Origin: Planctomycetota bacterium
Lineage (GTDB): Bacteria > Planctomycetota > Planctomycetia > JALXBF01
Reading direction: 5' to 3'
NCBI GenBank assembly: GCA_026991575.1
Contig: JALXBF010000191.1
Location: forward strand, 62,001-94,029
Length of the DNA stretch: 32,029 nucleotides
Shown here: positions 10,701-19,791 of the stretch, piece by piece
Position numbering within the stretch: position 1 is the first letter of the stretch
Layout of the letters: every line of letters starts with the position of its first letter
The notes under the pieces: generated by a model
What the model saw: the letters and a program-made list of their open reading frames with translations, nothing else
Told to the model about the DNA's origin: nothing
Databases searched by the model: none
Program-made: the position numbers and the translations under genes

Positions 10701-12058
10701 ACGTCGGCGTCGGTGAGCGCGTCTTCAATCCGACCCATCATCGCTAGGACGTTGGCTGACTGCCATCGCAGGTAGGCTGCCCTGGGGCGATTCGCAATGG
10801 CAGCTCGCAAGCGCGTGGCGGCCAGATCCAACAGGCCCATTCGCTGATAGGCGAGCGCCGCGTAGTAGAACGCGCGCGCTTGCTGCTCGGCAAACGCAAA
10901 CAGCTCGGCGACGGCGCGTTCAAAGTGCGACGCAGCATCGAGGACGCGGTCTTCCTGCAGTGCGATGAGGCCATTCAGTAGCGCGCGGTACCCGGGATGG
11001 ATGTCTGCCTCGTTCAATTCGCCGACGAGCTTGCGCACTTCGTCAAGCTCGTTGCGCATGGCCAGAAGTTCGGCCAGCAGCACGATCAGCTCCGGGGCCC
11101 GGTCCGTCTTCTCGATGCCTTCGCGTAGCGTCTGGATGGCGGCATCGACGTCGCCTTGCTGCAGATGGGTCTGCGCTGCCAGGGCGTACACGTCGGGATC
11201 CGACGGCGCCGCGGAGACGGCCCGCTCAAGCAGACGCGTTGCGTTGTCGTAGTCATCCTTGACCACGGCTACGCGTGCTGCCACGGTGAGGGCTTCCGGG
11301 TCGCCGGGCGCCAGCTCCAGCGCCTTCTGCGCATCACGCCATGCCTCATCCAACCGTTGGATCGCCAGATAGTGCCGGGCAGCCTCTGTGTAGGTGCGTG
11401 CTTTGGCGGGCACCTGCTGTTTGAGCTGTTCGATCACCTTCGTGGCGTCGTCGTTGCGCTCGAGCCGATCGCGTAGCAGTGCGGCCAACGCCACGTACGT
11501 GTCGATCCGTTTCGGGGCTAGCTCAATAGCACGCCGATAGCTTCGCTCGGCCGCTTCGAAATCGCCGCGGCCCAACTGCGCTTGCGCAAGCAGTTCGTAC
11601 AGCTCAGGGTCGTCGCCGACTGCTCGCAACAGCAGATTCAGCTGCTCGACCGCATCCGAGAAACGGCCGATCTGCAGTTGGAGCTCGGCCAGCTTGCGGC
11701 GCACGTCGACCCTCTGGGGCGCTTTGCGCAACACGGCGGCCAGTCGAAACGTGGCCTGCAGCTTCTGACGGGGCGTTTCGGCCAGATCGGCACGCATCAG
11801 CTCAAGCCGGGCCAGCTGCTCAAGATCGTCCGGGTGCAGCGCAATGTAGCGACGAAGATAGTCCGCTGCCTTGCGCAGGTCGCCTTCTTTCTCGGCTGCG
11901 TCGGCCCGTTCCAGGAACGCGGCCGCGTTCCGACGCACCTGGTATCCATGCAAGAGGTGGATGCCGCCACCCAGCAGGACGCAGCTGGCCAGCAACAGCG
12001 ACACGAGCCCGACGCGCACTTTGCGCCGCCGCGCAAAACGCCTACGAAGCCAACTCAT
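7799..12058 (-). CDS. Large membrane-anchored TPR repeat protein (1419 aa)
   Basis: Basic N-terminus plus a hydrophobic helix (VGLVSLLLASCVLLGGGIHLL), then TPR-like helical repeats throughout, ending ALNNLAWLL...PELLDTKAVVLYRLG. GGAGG RBS upstream. Confidence 0.88.
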   Translation of the reverse strand: MSWLRRRFARRRKVRVGLVSLLLASCVLLGGGIHLLHGYQVRRNAAAFLERADAAEKEGDLRKAADYLRRYIALHPDDLEQLARLELMRADLAETPRQKLQATFRLAAVLRKAPQRVDVRRKLAELQLQIGRFSDAVEQLNLLLRAVGDDPELYELLAQAQLGRGDFEAAERSYRRAIELAPKRIDTYVALAALLRDRLERNDDATKVIEQLKQQVPAKARTYTEAARHYLAIQRLDEAWRDAQKALELAPGDPEALTVAARVAVVKDDYDNATRLLERAVSAAPSDPDVYALAAQTHLQQGDVDAAIQTLREGIEKTDRAPELIVLLAELLAMRNELDEVRKLVGELNEADIHPGYRALLNGLIALQEDRVLDAASHFERAVAELFAFAEQQARAFYYAALAYQRMGLLDLAATRLRAAIANRPRAAYLRWQSANVLAMMGRIEDALTDADVAIRYSTPTPEQAALYLRLQILDQLRRPEVQRNWRPCDRVASQLYEQYSDEPLFLVTYADYLWVRGRGNETLPLLEKALERHPDAVDLYVAQATHYLRWQLPEKAAEVLDRAEKKIGDHVRLRLARLLLLPRQKEQAVAVLEKLAEGTEQFHTEERARLLRALAAAWLRLGETARARKLLEEAAELVPYNLGTRVLLMDLALQAGDSDRLRQLVQEIRAIEARDPEQREGAIWRYAQAALLLMEAGDKPTEETIRQARLLLEEARAQRPTWARLHAQLGALYLLENKVNEAAEEYLSAVELGDRSPRTIGFAVQALVRANRMADADRLLRRLYAEKALPPEVVMTASAVVASTRDFGLALELAKEHLERNPEDAAAHVWYARLLEAQDKPAEAEKHYLRACELDPKMVQAWTSLVAFYARRNEMEKARDIIEKRVRKHLDGEQLAACLSACYELIGDHEAAERAWTDLRAQRPDDPMVLAAAAEFYIRRGDMERAERELRAALEQAASGENDPLTRSIRRRLATVLIVRGGYARWQEAKDLIEKNLAEQPDSSLDLRVKAMLLATRNSARLQRQALELFEKLLASGQIGPDERFLLARLYYRYGQPQKGRDQMLRLLAEHPDNARYIAGYVRILLERNHLQDAELWLKRLEEVEPDRYRTAELKARLLHASGRMDEAVAVVKKLEEKYMNGTDGKPNTIGLAMVGRLYEAIGRPEEAGRMYRAVAQQVPEGLLLLAQWLADQDQVEQAMRVLETCWQKLPPERAALGVIRLARHPNVRPEHRSVMRRWLEAALQQNPKSVELRVAMALMYDAEGDYKVAAQAYQEILLVAPNHVVALNNLAWLLSECFDRADDALELIDRAIAQFGPAPELLDTKAVVLYRLGKIEGEGEALELLEEAYETAPAPHIGFHLARVYAELGREAEARDLLARLGPVDRVKRDLHGSEVDDYLKLLAKLGVEVQEQQQAR

Positions 12059-12373
12059 CGAACCAGCCTCCGAGGAGAATGGGCATGACCTGCTTGCAAA
12101 ACGGTTGCACCCCGTGTTCTACCCTCAAGACCACAAAGGCCCACTTCCCGAGCGGCCTTCCGTCCCAGGTGGCCCGCACCGGTACCATGCCGGCGCAGCA
12201 CCGTACATCTGTCCTGTGTCTGGCCAGCGCCGTCCGTGACACGCCGAAGGACCGCCCGTACGTTGGCGCGCACATGCCGAGAACACCGTGCCGGTTCTAC
12301 CGATAGTATGGCATGCCGTTGCAGGAAAGCTATTCGGCGAACACCGCGCATCGGCCTGGCCAGCAGTAAGGTA

Positions 12374-12394
12374 CGGTGCCCGGCACGGGCACCG
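12374..12394 (-). terminator. Possible terminator hairpin after the DUF4432 gene
   Basis: 8-bp stem CGGTGCCC/GGGCACCG with a 5-nt loop, about 15 nt after the stop codon. The U-tract is weak (TACCTTACT). Confidence 0.35.
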
Positions 12395-12409
12395 GGACGT
12401 TCGCCGGTG

Positions 12410-13606
12410 CTAGACCGGCGAGTACTTTGCCACGGGCGCACGATGCAGCACGGGGGCCTGCTGGCTCTGCAGCCGTTCGATCTCTGTCTCCACGGAGCGC
12501 ACTGCTTGGGTCGAGTCGAGCACCTCCATGCGGATGGCGGCCGTGTACGTCTGACCGGGACTGAGCTTTATGACGCGGCCCCGTTCCCGCTCGAATTTGC
12601 GAGTGTTCGGCAGGTTTGTGCCTGGTTCCAGCCCGGTGACGTAGCCGTCTTCCTGCCCGGCAGTGTTCTTCCATTGGGTAAAGTACGGCAGCCGGCGGAT
12701 GTCCCATCGGATCGCGCAGCCCAGGTCACCGGCCGCGTTGCGGAGCATGGCCACCGTGAGGTGTGTCTTCGGGTCGGCAAGCAGCTCGTACCAGTAGACC
12801 TGCTCAATGTAGCCCGGCGTCGGAGCGAGGTACGTGTTGAAATGATCGACGCCCTCCGTTGCGCGCGCATCCCGCGGAGCCATCTCCTTGATCGGAGCTA
12901 CCAGGTGGGCGCCTGCCTCCAGTAGCGGGGTCCCGAAATTGCAGTGGTACAACAGTTCCAGCTCACCCTCAACCGCCCGGCAGTTCGTGATCCGGTCCTC
13001 GATGTCCACGTAGTTGGCCCCCGGCGCGGTCCTGATGCGACTGCGCAACTCAAGATGCGGGCCGAACATCATGGTTTCGTCCACATGCCCTTCCACCTCG
13101 ATCGCGTAGGGCGGCTCAGTCTGGATCGAGACAGCCACGTAGTGCGCGGGGATGTTGGCGATCCTCCCGTGCAACGTCACCTGGACCTCGGTCGGATTGC
13201 CGTTGTTGTCCAGCACCACGTCGGTGCCCGGGGCCCCGTTGGAATCGAGCCCGCACCGGCACATCCACTCATCGAAGCCGTACAGCCAGCCAAGGCCACC
13301 GCGTTCGGGGAGGTTGACGAACGACGGGTGGACCGGGCCGCGCACCGGGCTGTCCCATCCCAGGCGGATCCCTTTGTACTCACCGCGCCACAACCCCATG
13401 CCGCGGGTCGGCACGATCAGCAGCTTCAGCGCCCCATTGTCGACCTCAATCAGGTCGACGCCCTGCTGGACACCGCCCTGCAACGTCCGCTTCCGGACGG
13501 CGATTTTTTCTGCGGGGCCGCTCAGCCCGAGGTCCCGGCCGGTGACTTCGAAGCTGTCTTGCCAGATGCCTTTCGTCGTATCGGTCAGGATCCACTCTCG
13601 AGCCAT
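12410..13606 (-). CDS. Aldose 1-epimerase-like (DUF4432) protein
   Basis: GVDLIEVDNG, PTRGMG, GWDSPV, RCGL...GAP, TLHGRIANIPA, LYHCNFG, LPYFTQWKN, YVTGLEPGT. Start at ATG 13606 preceded by GGAGGAG. Confidence 0.85.
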   Translation of the reverse strand: MAREWILTDTTKGIWQDSFEVTGRDLGLSGPAEKIAVRKRTLQGGVQQGVDLIEVDNGALKLLIVPTRGMGLWRGEYKGIRLGWDSPVRGPVHPSFVNLPERGGLGWLYGFDEWMCRCGLDSNGAPGTDVVLDNNGNPTEVQVTLHGRIANIPAHYVAVSIQTEPPYAIEVEGHVDETMMFGPHLELRSRIRTAPGANYVDIEDRITNCRAVEGELELLYHCNFGTPLLEAGAHLVAPIKEMAPRDARATEGVDHFNTYLAPTPGYIEQVYWYELLADPKTHLTVAMLRNAAGDLGCAIRWDIRRLPYFTQWKNTAGQEDGYVTGLEPGTNLPNTRKFERERGRVIKLSPGQTYTAAIRMEVLDSTQAVRSVETEIERLQSQQAPVLHRAPVAKYSPV

Positions 13607-13792
13607 TGCTCGCTCCTCCGCATGCTGGCAGTGCGATGGCCGGCGCCGCGGCCGGCATGCAACTGCTATCATCGTTACCTGACGATCCTACCCGGAACCG
13701 GCGGGCGATGAAACCCCTCGGGGGGCCGGCGGTGACCCGTGCCCGGGACCCCCTTTTCATCGGAGCCTGCAACAGACGCGGAGAGCGGCACC

Positions 13793-15142
13793 ATGAACCG
13801 TCGCGAGTTTCTTGCCGGCAGTGCCCTGGCCGGCCTGGCGCTGCCCAGAACCGGAGTGTTTGCCCGCTACGGTCGAGAGCGGCCGCTGCGGGTCGCGCAC
13901 ATCGGGACCGGCTGGTACGGCAAGGTCGTGCTCTTGAGGCTGCTGCAGATCGCTCGGGTCGAGGTCGTTGGCCTCTGCGACGTAGACCGGCGCATGCTCC
14001 AGCAGGCCGGTCGGATTGTGCAAGAACGCCTCGGCCTGCCGAAACCCCCGCCGCTGTACCGCGACTACCGCGAGCTGCTGAAGAAGGAGCAACCGGAGAT
14101 CGTGCTGGTCAGTACGCCCGATCACTGGCACGCACTGCCGATGATCGAGGCGGCCCGTTCGGGAGCGGACGTCTATGTCGAGAAACCCATCAGCCGTGAT
14201 GTCATCGAAGGCCGTGCCATGGTCGCCGCAGCCCGCAAGTACGGTCGTGTGGTTCAGGTCAACACTCAGCGGCGCAGCACGCCGCACATCATCGAGGCAC
14301 GGGACCGGGTTGTGCGTGAGGGCCTCCTGGGTAAGGTTGGCCACGTCGAGGTCTACTGCTACTACCACATGAGGTACCGTGGCCGCCAACCGGACCAGCA
14401 GCCGCCAGATTACCTGGATTGGGACATGTGGTGCGGCCCGGCGCCGTACCGGCCGTACAACCCAGCGATCCATCCGCGGCGATGGCGCTCGTTCGCCCAG
14501 TTCTGCAATGGCATCATCGGCGACATGTGTATCCATATGCTCGATATGGTCCGCTGGATGCTAGGCCTGAAGTGGCCCCGTCGCATTTCTTCATCGGCCG
14601 GCATCTACGTCCAGAAGGACAGCATCGCGACGGTGCCGGACACGCAGACGGCGATCTTCGAATTCGACGACCTCACCGTCGTCTGGCAGCACCGGACCTG
14701 GGGGCACCCAACCGATCCGGATTACCCCTGGGCGGCAACGTTCTACGGTGATCGCGGCACGCTGAAGGTCAGCGTTCACCGGTATGACTTCGTGCCGTTG
14801 CGCGGCGGTAAGAGGCTGCACGGCGACGTTGTCTACGAGCTGGACCAGTACCCGGAGGACCGTACCGAAAAGGACCTCGAACGACACGTCGCTCCAGCCA
14901 TCCGGCGGCACCTACAGGACTTCCTTGCGGCCCGGCGTGACCGGTCACGCCCGGTTGCCGACATCGAAGAAGGGTTCATCTCGTCGGCATGCTGCATCCT
15001 GGCCAACGAGGCAGCCGAGCACGGAGTCACGATCGAGCTCGATCCTCAAACCGGTCGCATCGTTCGCCCAGGCGAGCGGCACGAGTTGCTGTTCCGCCCG
15101 TACCGCAAGCCGTGGATCCATCCCACGCCAGAGAACGTCTGA
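13793..15142 (+). CDS. Tat-exported Gfo/Idh/MocA family oxidoreductase
   Basis: Twin-arginine signal MNRREFLAGS, Rossmann IGTGWYG, STPDHWHA, DVYVEKPIS, LDWDMWCGPAP, DMCIHMLD. Confidence 0.92.
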   Translation: MNRREFLAGSALAGLALPRTGVFARYGRERPLRVAHIGTGWYGKVVLLRLLQIARVEVVGLCDVDRRMLQQAGRIVQERLGLPKPPPLYRDYRELLKKEQPEIVLVSTPDHWHALPMIEAARSGADVYVEKPISRDVIEGRAMVAAARKYGRVVQVNTQRRSTPHIIEARDRVVREGLLGKVGHVEVYCYYHMRYRGRQPDQQPPDYLDWDMWCGPAPYRPYNPAIHPRRWRSFAQFCNGIIGDMCIHMLDMVRWMLGLKWPRRISSSAGIYVQKDSIATVPDTQTAIFEFDDLTVVWQHRTWGHPTDPDYPWAATFYGDRGTLKVSVHRYDFVPLRGGKRLHGDVVYELDQYPEDRTEKDLERHVAPAIRRHLQDFLAARRDRSRPVADIEEGFISSACCILANEAAEHGVTIELDPQTGRIVRPGERHELLFRPYRKPWIHPTPENV

Positions 15143-16026
15143 CCGACGCCAGGGGCACCTGTCGGCGCATTGCTGCGCTGCTTGGCTGGCCAAAGGGTAC
15201 CGGTTACGGCGAACGCATTGTTGGACGGACAGTGCCCATGCCCTCCAGCCCTGGGTATGTTGGGTACACGGTGTGGGCAGAGGGGGGGCGAGCATGGCCG
15301 TGACCCGAAGGGGGGATTTTTCGCGGGAGAAGCGTGGCGGTGTCACGTTGGCGATCCACGAGCCACCTCACTTATGAACGGTCTCATGACAGCCTCCGAT
15401 GGTCTAGGCGAGCGCGGCATCAGCCTCTACCAGCCGCACCCCAGTGCTGCCGCCGCTCGCCTCTTTTCTTGCGCCCCACCGATCGGTGCGGTTCGCTCGC
15501 CTGGCTCCGGATAGCTTCCTGTGCCCAACGGCGCGGGCCGCGGCTCAGCGGGCTACGGCCCAGACCGCCCGCACGGGGCAGGCTCGTTCGGGAAGCTCTC
15601 GGCCGGCCGGGTGGACTTGGTTGCGCCGGGGGGACGCCAGCAGACGGGATCGCCCGGTTGCGGCCGCGCGGTTCCGCGGTGGCCGGTCCTCTGCGGTCCC
15701 AGCCCGGCCACGGTGGCGCGCAGGCGGCGTCCGCGCTGTCGAGACCGGACCCGTGGGATGCCAGCGCGGGTGCGCGACGTCTGGCGTGACCGACCGGGCA
15801 GGGCGGCGGATGCTCGAGCTTCGTTGACGAGGATACCCCAAGTGGATAGAGTCGCAGGCGGCGAGCGAGACGGGACCGGTTTGCTGTCCATCTACTGCGC
15901 CGGGAACCTGGCAAGCTCCAGTGGGGTCGATCCATAAGGGGTGAAACGACGCGGAGCCATAGACTACTAGGGGCACCAGTGGTCAGAATCAAACACGACG
16001 ACAGCTGAGTCCGAACGAGCACGACA

Positions 16027-19000
16027 ATGGATCTGGTAGAACTGTGGGACGCGATAACTGACTGGGCAGCGAAGGCCGGCGATTGGTTTGGCCGCGCCCT
16101 GGCCAGGGTGCTGGGCACGTCGAATGAACGCGAGCTGCGCCGACTGCAGCCCATTGTCGATCGGATCAATGCCCTGGCCCCTAAGATGCGCGAGCTGTCG
16201 GACAAGCAGCTCCGCGAGCTGACGGATGACTTCAAGCGTCGGCTCCGCGCCGGCGAGACGCTGGACGACTTGCTGGTCGAAGCGTTTGCTGCTGTCCGCG
16301 AAGCTGCTCATCGGACGCTGGGCAAGGGCAAGTGGGTGGACGATCCGTTCACCGGTAAGAAGATCCCGTACATGGCCCACTTCGACGTTCAGCTCATGGG
16401 GGGAATCGTGCTGCACCAGGGCAAGATCGCCGAGATGGTTACCGGTGAGGGGAAGACCCTGGTGGCCACGTTGCCCGCCTACCTGAATGCGCTCACCGGG
16501 CAGGGCGTGCACGTAGTCACCGTCAACGACTATCTGGCCCGCCGTGATGCTGAGTGGATGGCACCGGTCTACCGGCTTCTGGGGCTGAGTGTCGGCTACA
16601 TCCAGGCCCACATGGAAGAGACCATGGGGCCGGAGTCTCGGATCAAAGCCTATGACTGTGACATCACTTACGGCACGAACAACGAGTTCGGCTTTGATTA
16701 CCTTCGCGACAACATGAAGCCGGCTCGCAGGGGTGATGATCGCTATCCGATCTACCTGCAGCAGGTGCAGCGAGGCCTGAACTATGCGATCATCGACGAG
16801 GTGGACAACATTCTGATTGACGAGGCCCGCACGCCGCTGATCATCTCCGGACCGGCTCACGATGATGTCAGCAAGTATTACCGCGCTGATCAGATCGCGC
16901 GCCAGCTAAAGCCGGGCGTGCACTTTGAGATCAAGGAAAAGGAGCGCCAGATCGTGCTCACTGAGGAGGGGATCCGCTATGCCGAACGGCTAGCAGGGGT
17001 CGAGTCGTTCTACACGCCGGGCAACATGGAATGGCCCCACCTGATCGACAACGCACTCAAGGCCCATCACCTCTACAAACGCGACAAGGACTACGTGGTA
17101 CTCGACGGTGAGGTGATCATCGTTGACGAGTTCACGGGCCGGCTGATGAAGGGCCGGCAGTGGTCCGACGGGCTGCACCAGGCGGTGGAAGCCAAGGAGC
17201 GGGTGCGGATCAAGGAGGAGAATCAGACGCTGGCCACGATTACGATCCAGAACTTCTTCAAGCTCTACCGTAAGCTGGCCGGCATGACCGGAACGGCGAT
17301 GACCGAGGCCCAGGAGTTCTGGAAGATTTACAAGCTGGACGTTGTTGCCATTCCGCCCAACCGGCCGCTGCGTCGCATCGAGTATCCGGACCTGCTGTTC
17401 CGCACGGAGCGCGAAAAGTGGGAAGCGGTGTTGAAGGAGATCGAAGAGGTGCATCGCACAGGCCGACCGATTCTGGTCGGTACCACGTCCATCGAGAAGT
17501 CGGAGAAACTGTCCCGGATGCTCGAACGCCGCGGCATCCCGCACAACGTGCTCAATGCCAAGTATCACGAGAAGGAAGCGGAGATTATCGCTCAGGCCGG
17601 CCGCAAGGGGGCGGTCACGATTGCAACGAACATGGCCGGTCGTGGTACGGACATTATCCTGGGTGGCAATCCGGAAGCGATGGCCTGGGCGGAGTTGAAA
17701 CACGAGTATGCCAGCCGCCTGGACGTGCCGCCGGAGGTGTGGAAGCAGAAGGTCGAGGAGATCGAGCGGCGCGAGCGCACGCGCGAAGAGGGGCGCGAGG
17801 TGGCGAAGCTCGGCGGCCTGCACGTGATCGGCACCGAACGCCACGAGGCACGCCGTATCGACAACCAGCTTCGTGGTCGCGCGGGCCGACAGGGGGATCC
17901 CGGCTCAAGCCGCTTTTTCCTCTCGATGGAGGACGACCTGCTGAGGCTCTTCGGTGGCGAATCGCTCAAGCGGGTGCTGACCAGGCTGGGCATGCAGGAG
18001 GGCGAGGCGATCGAGAGCCGCTGGCTGTCGCGGCGCATTGAGGCGGCGCAGCGCAAGGTCGAAGAACGCAACTTCGACATCCGCAAACACCTGCTCGAGT
18101 ATGACGAGGTCATGGATGAACAGCGGAAGCGTGTCTACGGCTTTCGCCAGAACCTGCTCTACGACGCTCGCCCCAAGGACCTGATCCTGGAGATGTTCGA
18201 CGAGCAGCTCGAGCGTGCTGTCGAACGATTCTGCGCCCCGAGCTACGGCGCCGACTGCTTTGCCGACTGGGCAGGCCGCAGGCTGGGCGCCGAGCTGAAT
18301 GGGCGCGATTTCGTCGGCCTGGACCTGGATCAGGCGATCGAGTTGGCCAAGGACGAGGCACTTGATCAGGCAGATGCGGCGATCCGGGACGCCGTGGAGG
18401 AAAACCTGCCGGAGGATCAGCCCAGCCGGGAGTGGAACTGGCAGGCACTGGCCGATTGGTTCAAGAGCCGCTGGGGCCTGCACGTGAAGCTCAGTGAACT
18501 CCGCCAGATCGGGCGCGAACGGATGGAAGAGGAACTCTTCCGGCGGGTCCGCGAGCACATCGAGTCGGTCGACCTCAGTGACGGGGCCAGCTTCTTGGAG
18601 CCGGACTGGGGCTATCGCGCCCTGGCCGATTGGCTGTCCCAGAAGCTGCAGATCAAAACCGAGCCGGCTCGGCTGGCCGAACTGGGCCGGAGTGGCCAGG
18701 AGGAGCTGCTCGAGGAGCTGCGGCGCAAGGTGCGCGAGCGGTACCACGAGCACGAGGTGCGCTACCCGGTGGATTACGCCGGCGCAACGCTTCTGCCGGA
18801 ACGTGCCCAGGTGGATCGCGCGACGATGCGTGCGGCGTTGGCCAGCTGGGTCGAAATCCGCTTCGGCGTCCACCTCGATCCGGAAGAGCTTATGCCGCTG
18901 TCGCGAGCGGAGGTCCTGGAGCGGTTGCTGGCAATCAGTGAAGCGTTCATGCCCAGTGTCGAGGCGGAGCAGGAGCTGCGCGACCGGCTCGAGCTGTTGC

Positions 19001-19743
19001 TTCAGCCGATCGCACGACGCTGGCACGCTGAGATCGACGGCCAGTACGACCCGCGCATGCGCTACCCGTCGGTTACGGACCTGGGGCTGGAGCGGACCGC
19101 CCTGGAAGAGTTTGCGAACTGGCTCAGGGAGCGCTTCGGGTTGGAGCACCGTGCCGACGAACTGGCCACGCTTGACCCCGAACAACTGAAGCGAAAGGTC
19201 TGGGTCTGGTACGACGAGAAGTTCCGGCCAGAACTGCTGGACACCGAGCGCGTGCTGCTGCTGGAGTTGCTGGACAACGCATGGAAGGACCACCTCTACG
19301 CGATGGACCACCTCAGACACTCCATCGGGCTGCGTGGCTACGCCCAGGTGGATCCGAAGGCCGAGTACAAGCGTGAGGGCATGAAACTGTTCCGCGAGAT
19401 GTGGTCCGGGATCGGCGATCGCATCACGGAGATGATCTTCCGGGTGCAGATCGGCAGCCACCGGGCCCAGGAGATGATGTACGCCGCCGTGCAACGGCTT
19501 CGCTCAGCAACCGAAGTGCACGAGGAGGCCACGCCGGCGATGGGCGAGCCGGTTACCGAAGTGGTTGGCACCGGCATCCGAAAACAGCAACAGGCTGCGA
19601 TCGCTTCGTCCGGCGGCGAAAGCGCCCCCGCTAAGCCGATCCGACGACAGGGCAAGAAAGTCGGCCGCAACGATCCGTGTCCCTGCGGCAGCGGCCGCAA
19701 GTACAAGAACTGCTGCCTGCGCAAGCGACGGGCGGCAGTGTGA
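16027..19743 (+). CDS. secA: Preprotein translocase ATPase SecA (elongated, with C-terminal SEC-C motif)
   Basis: AEMVTGEGKTL, VTVNDYLARRD, FGFDYLRDNM, IIDEVDNILIDEARTPLIISG, TNMAGRGTDI, RRIDNQLRGRAGRQGDPG, WKDHL, GRNDPCPCGSGRKYKNCC. Confidence 0.98.
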   Translation: MDLVELWDAITDWAAKAGDWFGRALARVLGTSNERELRRLQPIVDRINALAPKMRELSDKQLRELTDDFKRRLRAGETLDDLLVEAFAAVREAAHRTLGKGKWVDDPFTGKKIPYMAHFDVQLMGGIVLHQGKIAEMVTGEGKTLVATLPAYLNALTGQGVHVVTVNDYLARRDAEWMAPVYRLLGLSVGYIQAHMEETMGPESRIKAYDCDITYGTNNEFGFDYLRDNMKPARRGDDRYPIYLQQVQRGLNYAIIDEVDNILIDEARTPLIISGPAHDDVSKYYRADQIARQLKPGVHFEIKEKERQIVLTEEGIRYAERLAGVESFYTPGNMEWPHLIDNALKAHHLYKRDKDYVVLDGEVIIVDEFTGRLMKGRQWSDGLHQAVEAKERVRIKEENQTLATITIQNFFKLYRKLAGMTGTAMTEAQEFWKIYKLDVVAIPPNRPLRRIEYPDLLFRTEREKWEAVLKEIEEVHRTGRPILVGTTSIEKSEKLSRMLERRGIPHNVLNAKYHEKEAEIIAQAGRKGAVTIATNMAGRGTDIILGGNPEAMAWAELKHEYASRLDVPPEVWKQKVEEIERRERTREEGREVAKLGGLHVIGTERHEARRIDNQLRGRAGRQGDPGSSRFFLSMEDDLLRLFGGESLKRVLTRLGMQEGEAIESRWLSRRIEAAQRKVEERNFDIRKHLLEYDEVMDEQRKRVYGFRQNLLYDARPKDLILEMFDEQLERAVERFCAPSYGADCFADWAGRRLGAELNGRDFVGLDLDQAIELAKDEALDQADAAIRDAVEENLPEDQPSREWNWQALADWFKSRWGLHVKLSELRQIGRERMEEELFRRVREHIESVDLSDGASFLEPDWGYRALADWLSQKLQIKTEPARLAELGRSGQEELLEELRRKVRERYHEHEVRYPVDYAGATLLPERAQVDRATMRAALASWVEIRFGVHLDPEELMPLSRAEVLERLLAISEAFMPSVEAEQELRDRLELLLQPIARRWHAEIDGQYDPRMRYPSVTDLGLERTALEEFANWLRERFGLEHRADELATLDPEQLKRKVWVWYDEKFRPELLDTERVLLLELLDNAWKDHLYAMDHLRHSIGLRGYAQVDPKAEYKREGMKLFREMWSGIGDRITEMIFRVQIGSHRAQEMMYAAVQRLRSATEVHEEATPAMGEPVTEVVGTGIRKQQQAAIASSGGESAPAKPIRRQGKKVGRNDPCPCGSGRKYKNCCLRKRRAAV

Positions 19744-19791
19744 GCGTGCATCAGGCAGGCAAGAATGTGAGTTGGCAAGGAGGCTGACGAA

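Noticed and set aside
12309..12323. TGGCATGCCGTTGCA as a sigma54 promoter
   Set aside because: GG-to-GC spacing is 9 nt, not the required 10, and it points away from the TPR gene.
15915..15960. Nested stems with GAAAC upstream of secA as a hammerhead ribozyme or riboswitch
   Set aside because: There is no CUGANGA core and no recognisable riboswitch consensus.
15334..16235. Listed ORFs of 112-271 aa in the gap before secA
   Set aside because: Arg/Pro/Gly/Ala-rich low-information translations in several frames, with no motif or convincing RBS.
18240..19230. SecA insertion as an intein or mobile element
   Set aside because: No C/S...HN splice junctions or homing-endonuclease motifs were seen. 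The insert consists of helical repeats.
17905..19494. Long antisense ORFs (e.g. 529 aa opposite secA, 344 aa opposite ffh, 356 aa opposite groEL)
   Set aside because: These are typical shadow ORFs from GC-rich codon bias. They have no recognisable motifs and overlap confident genes.
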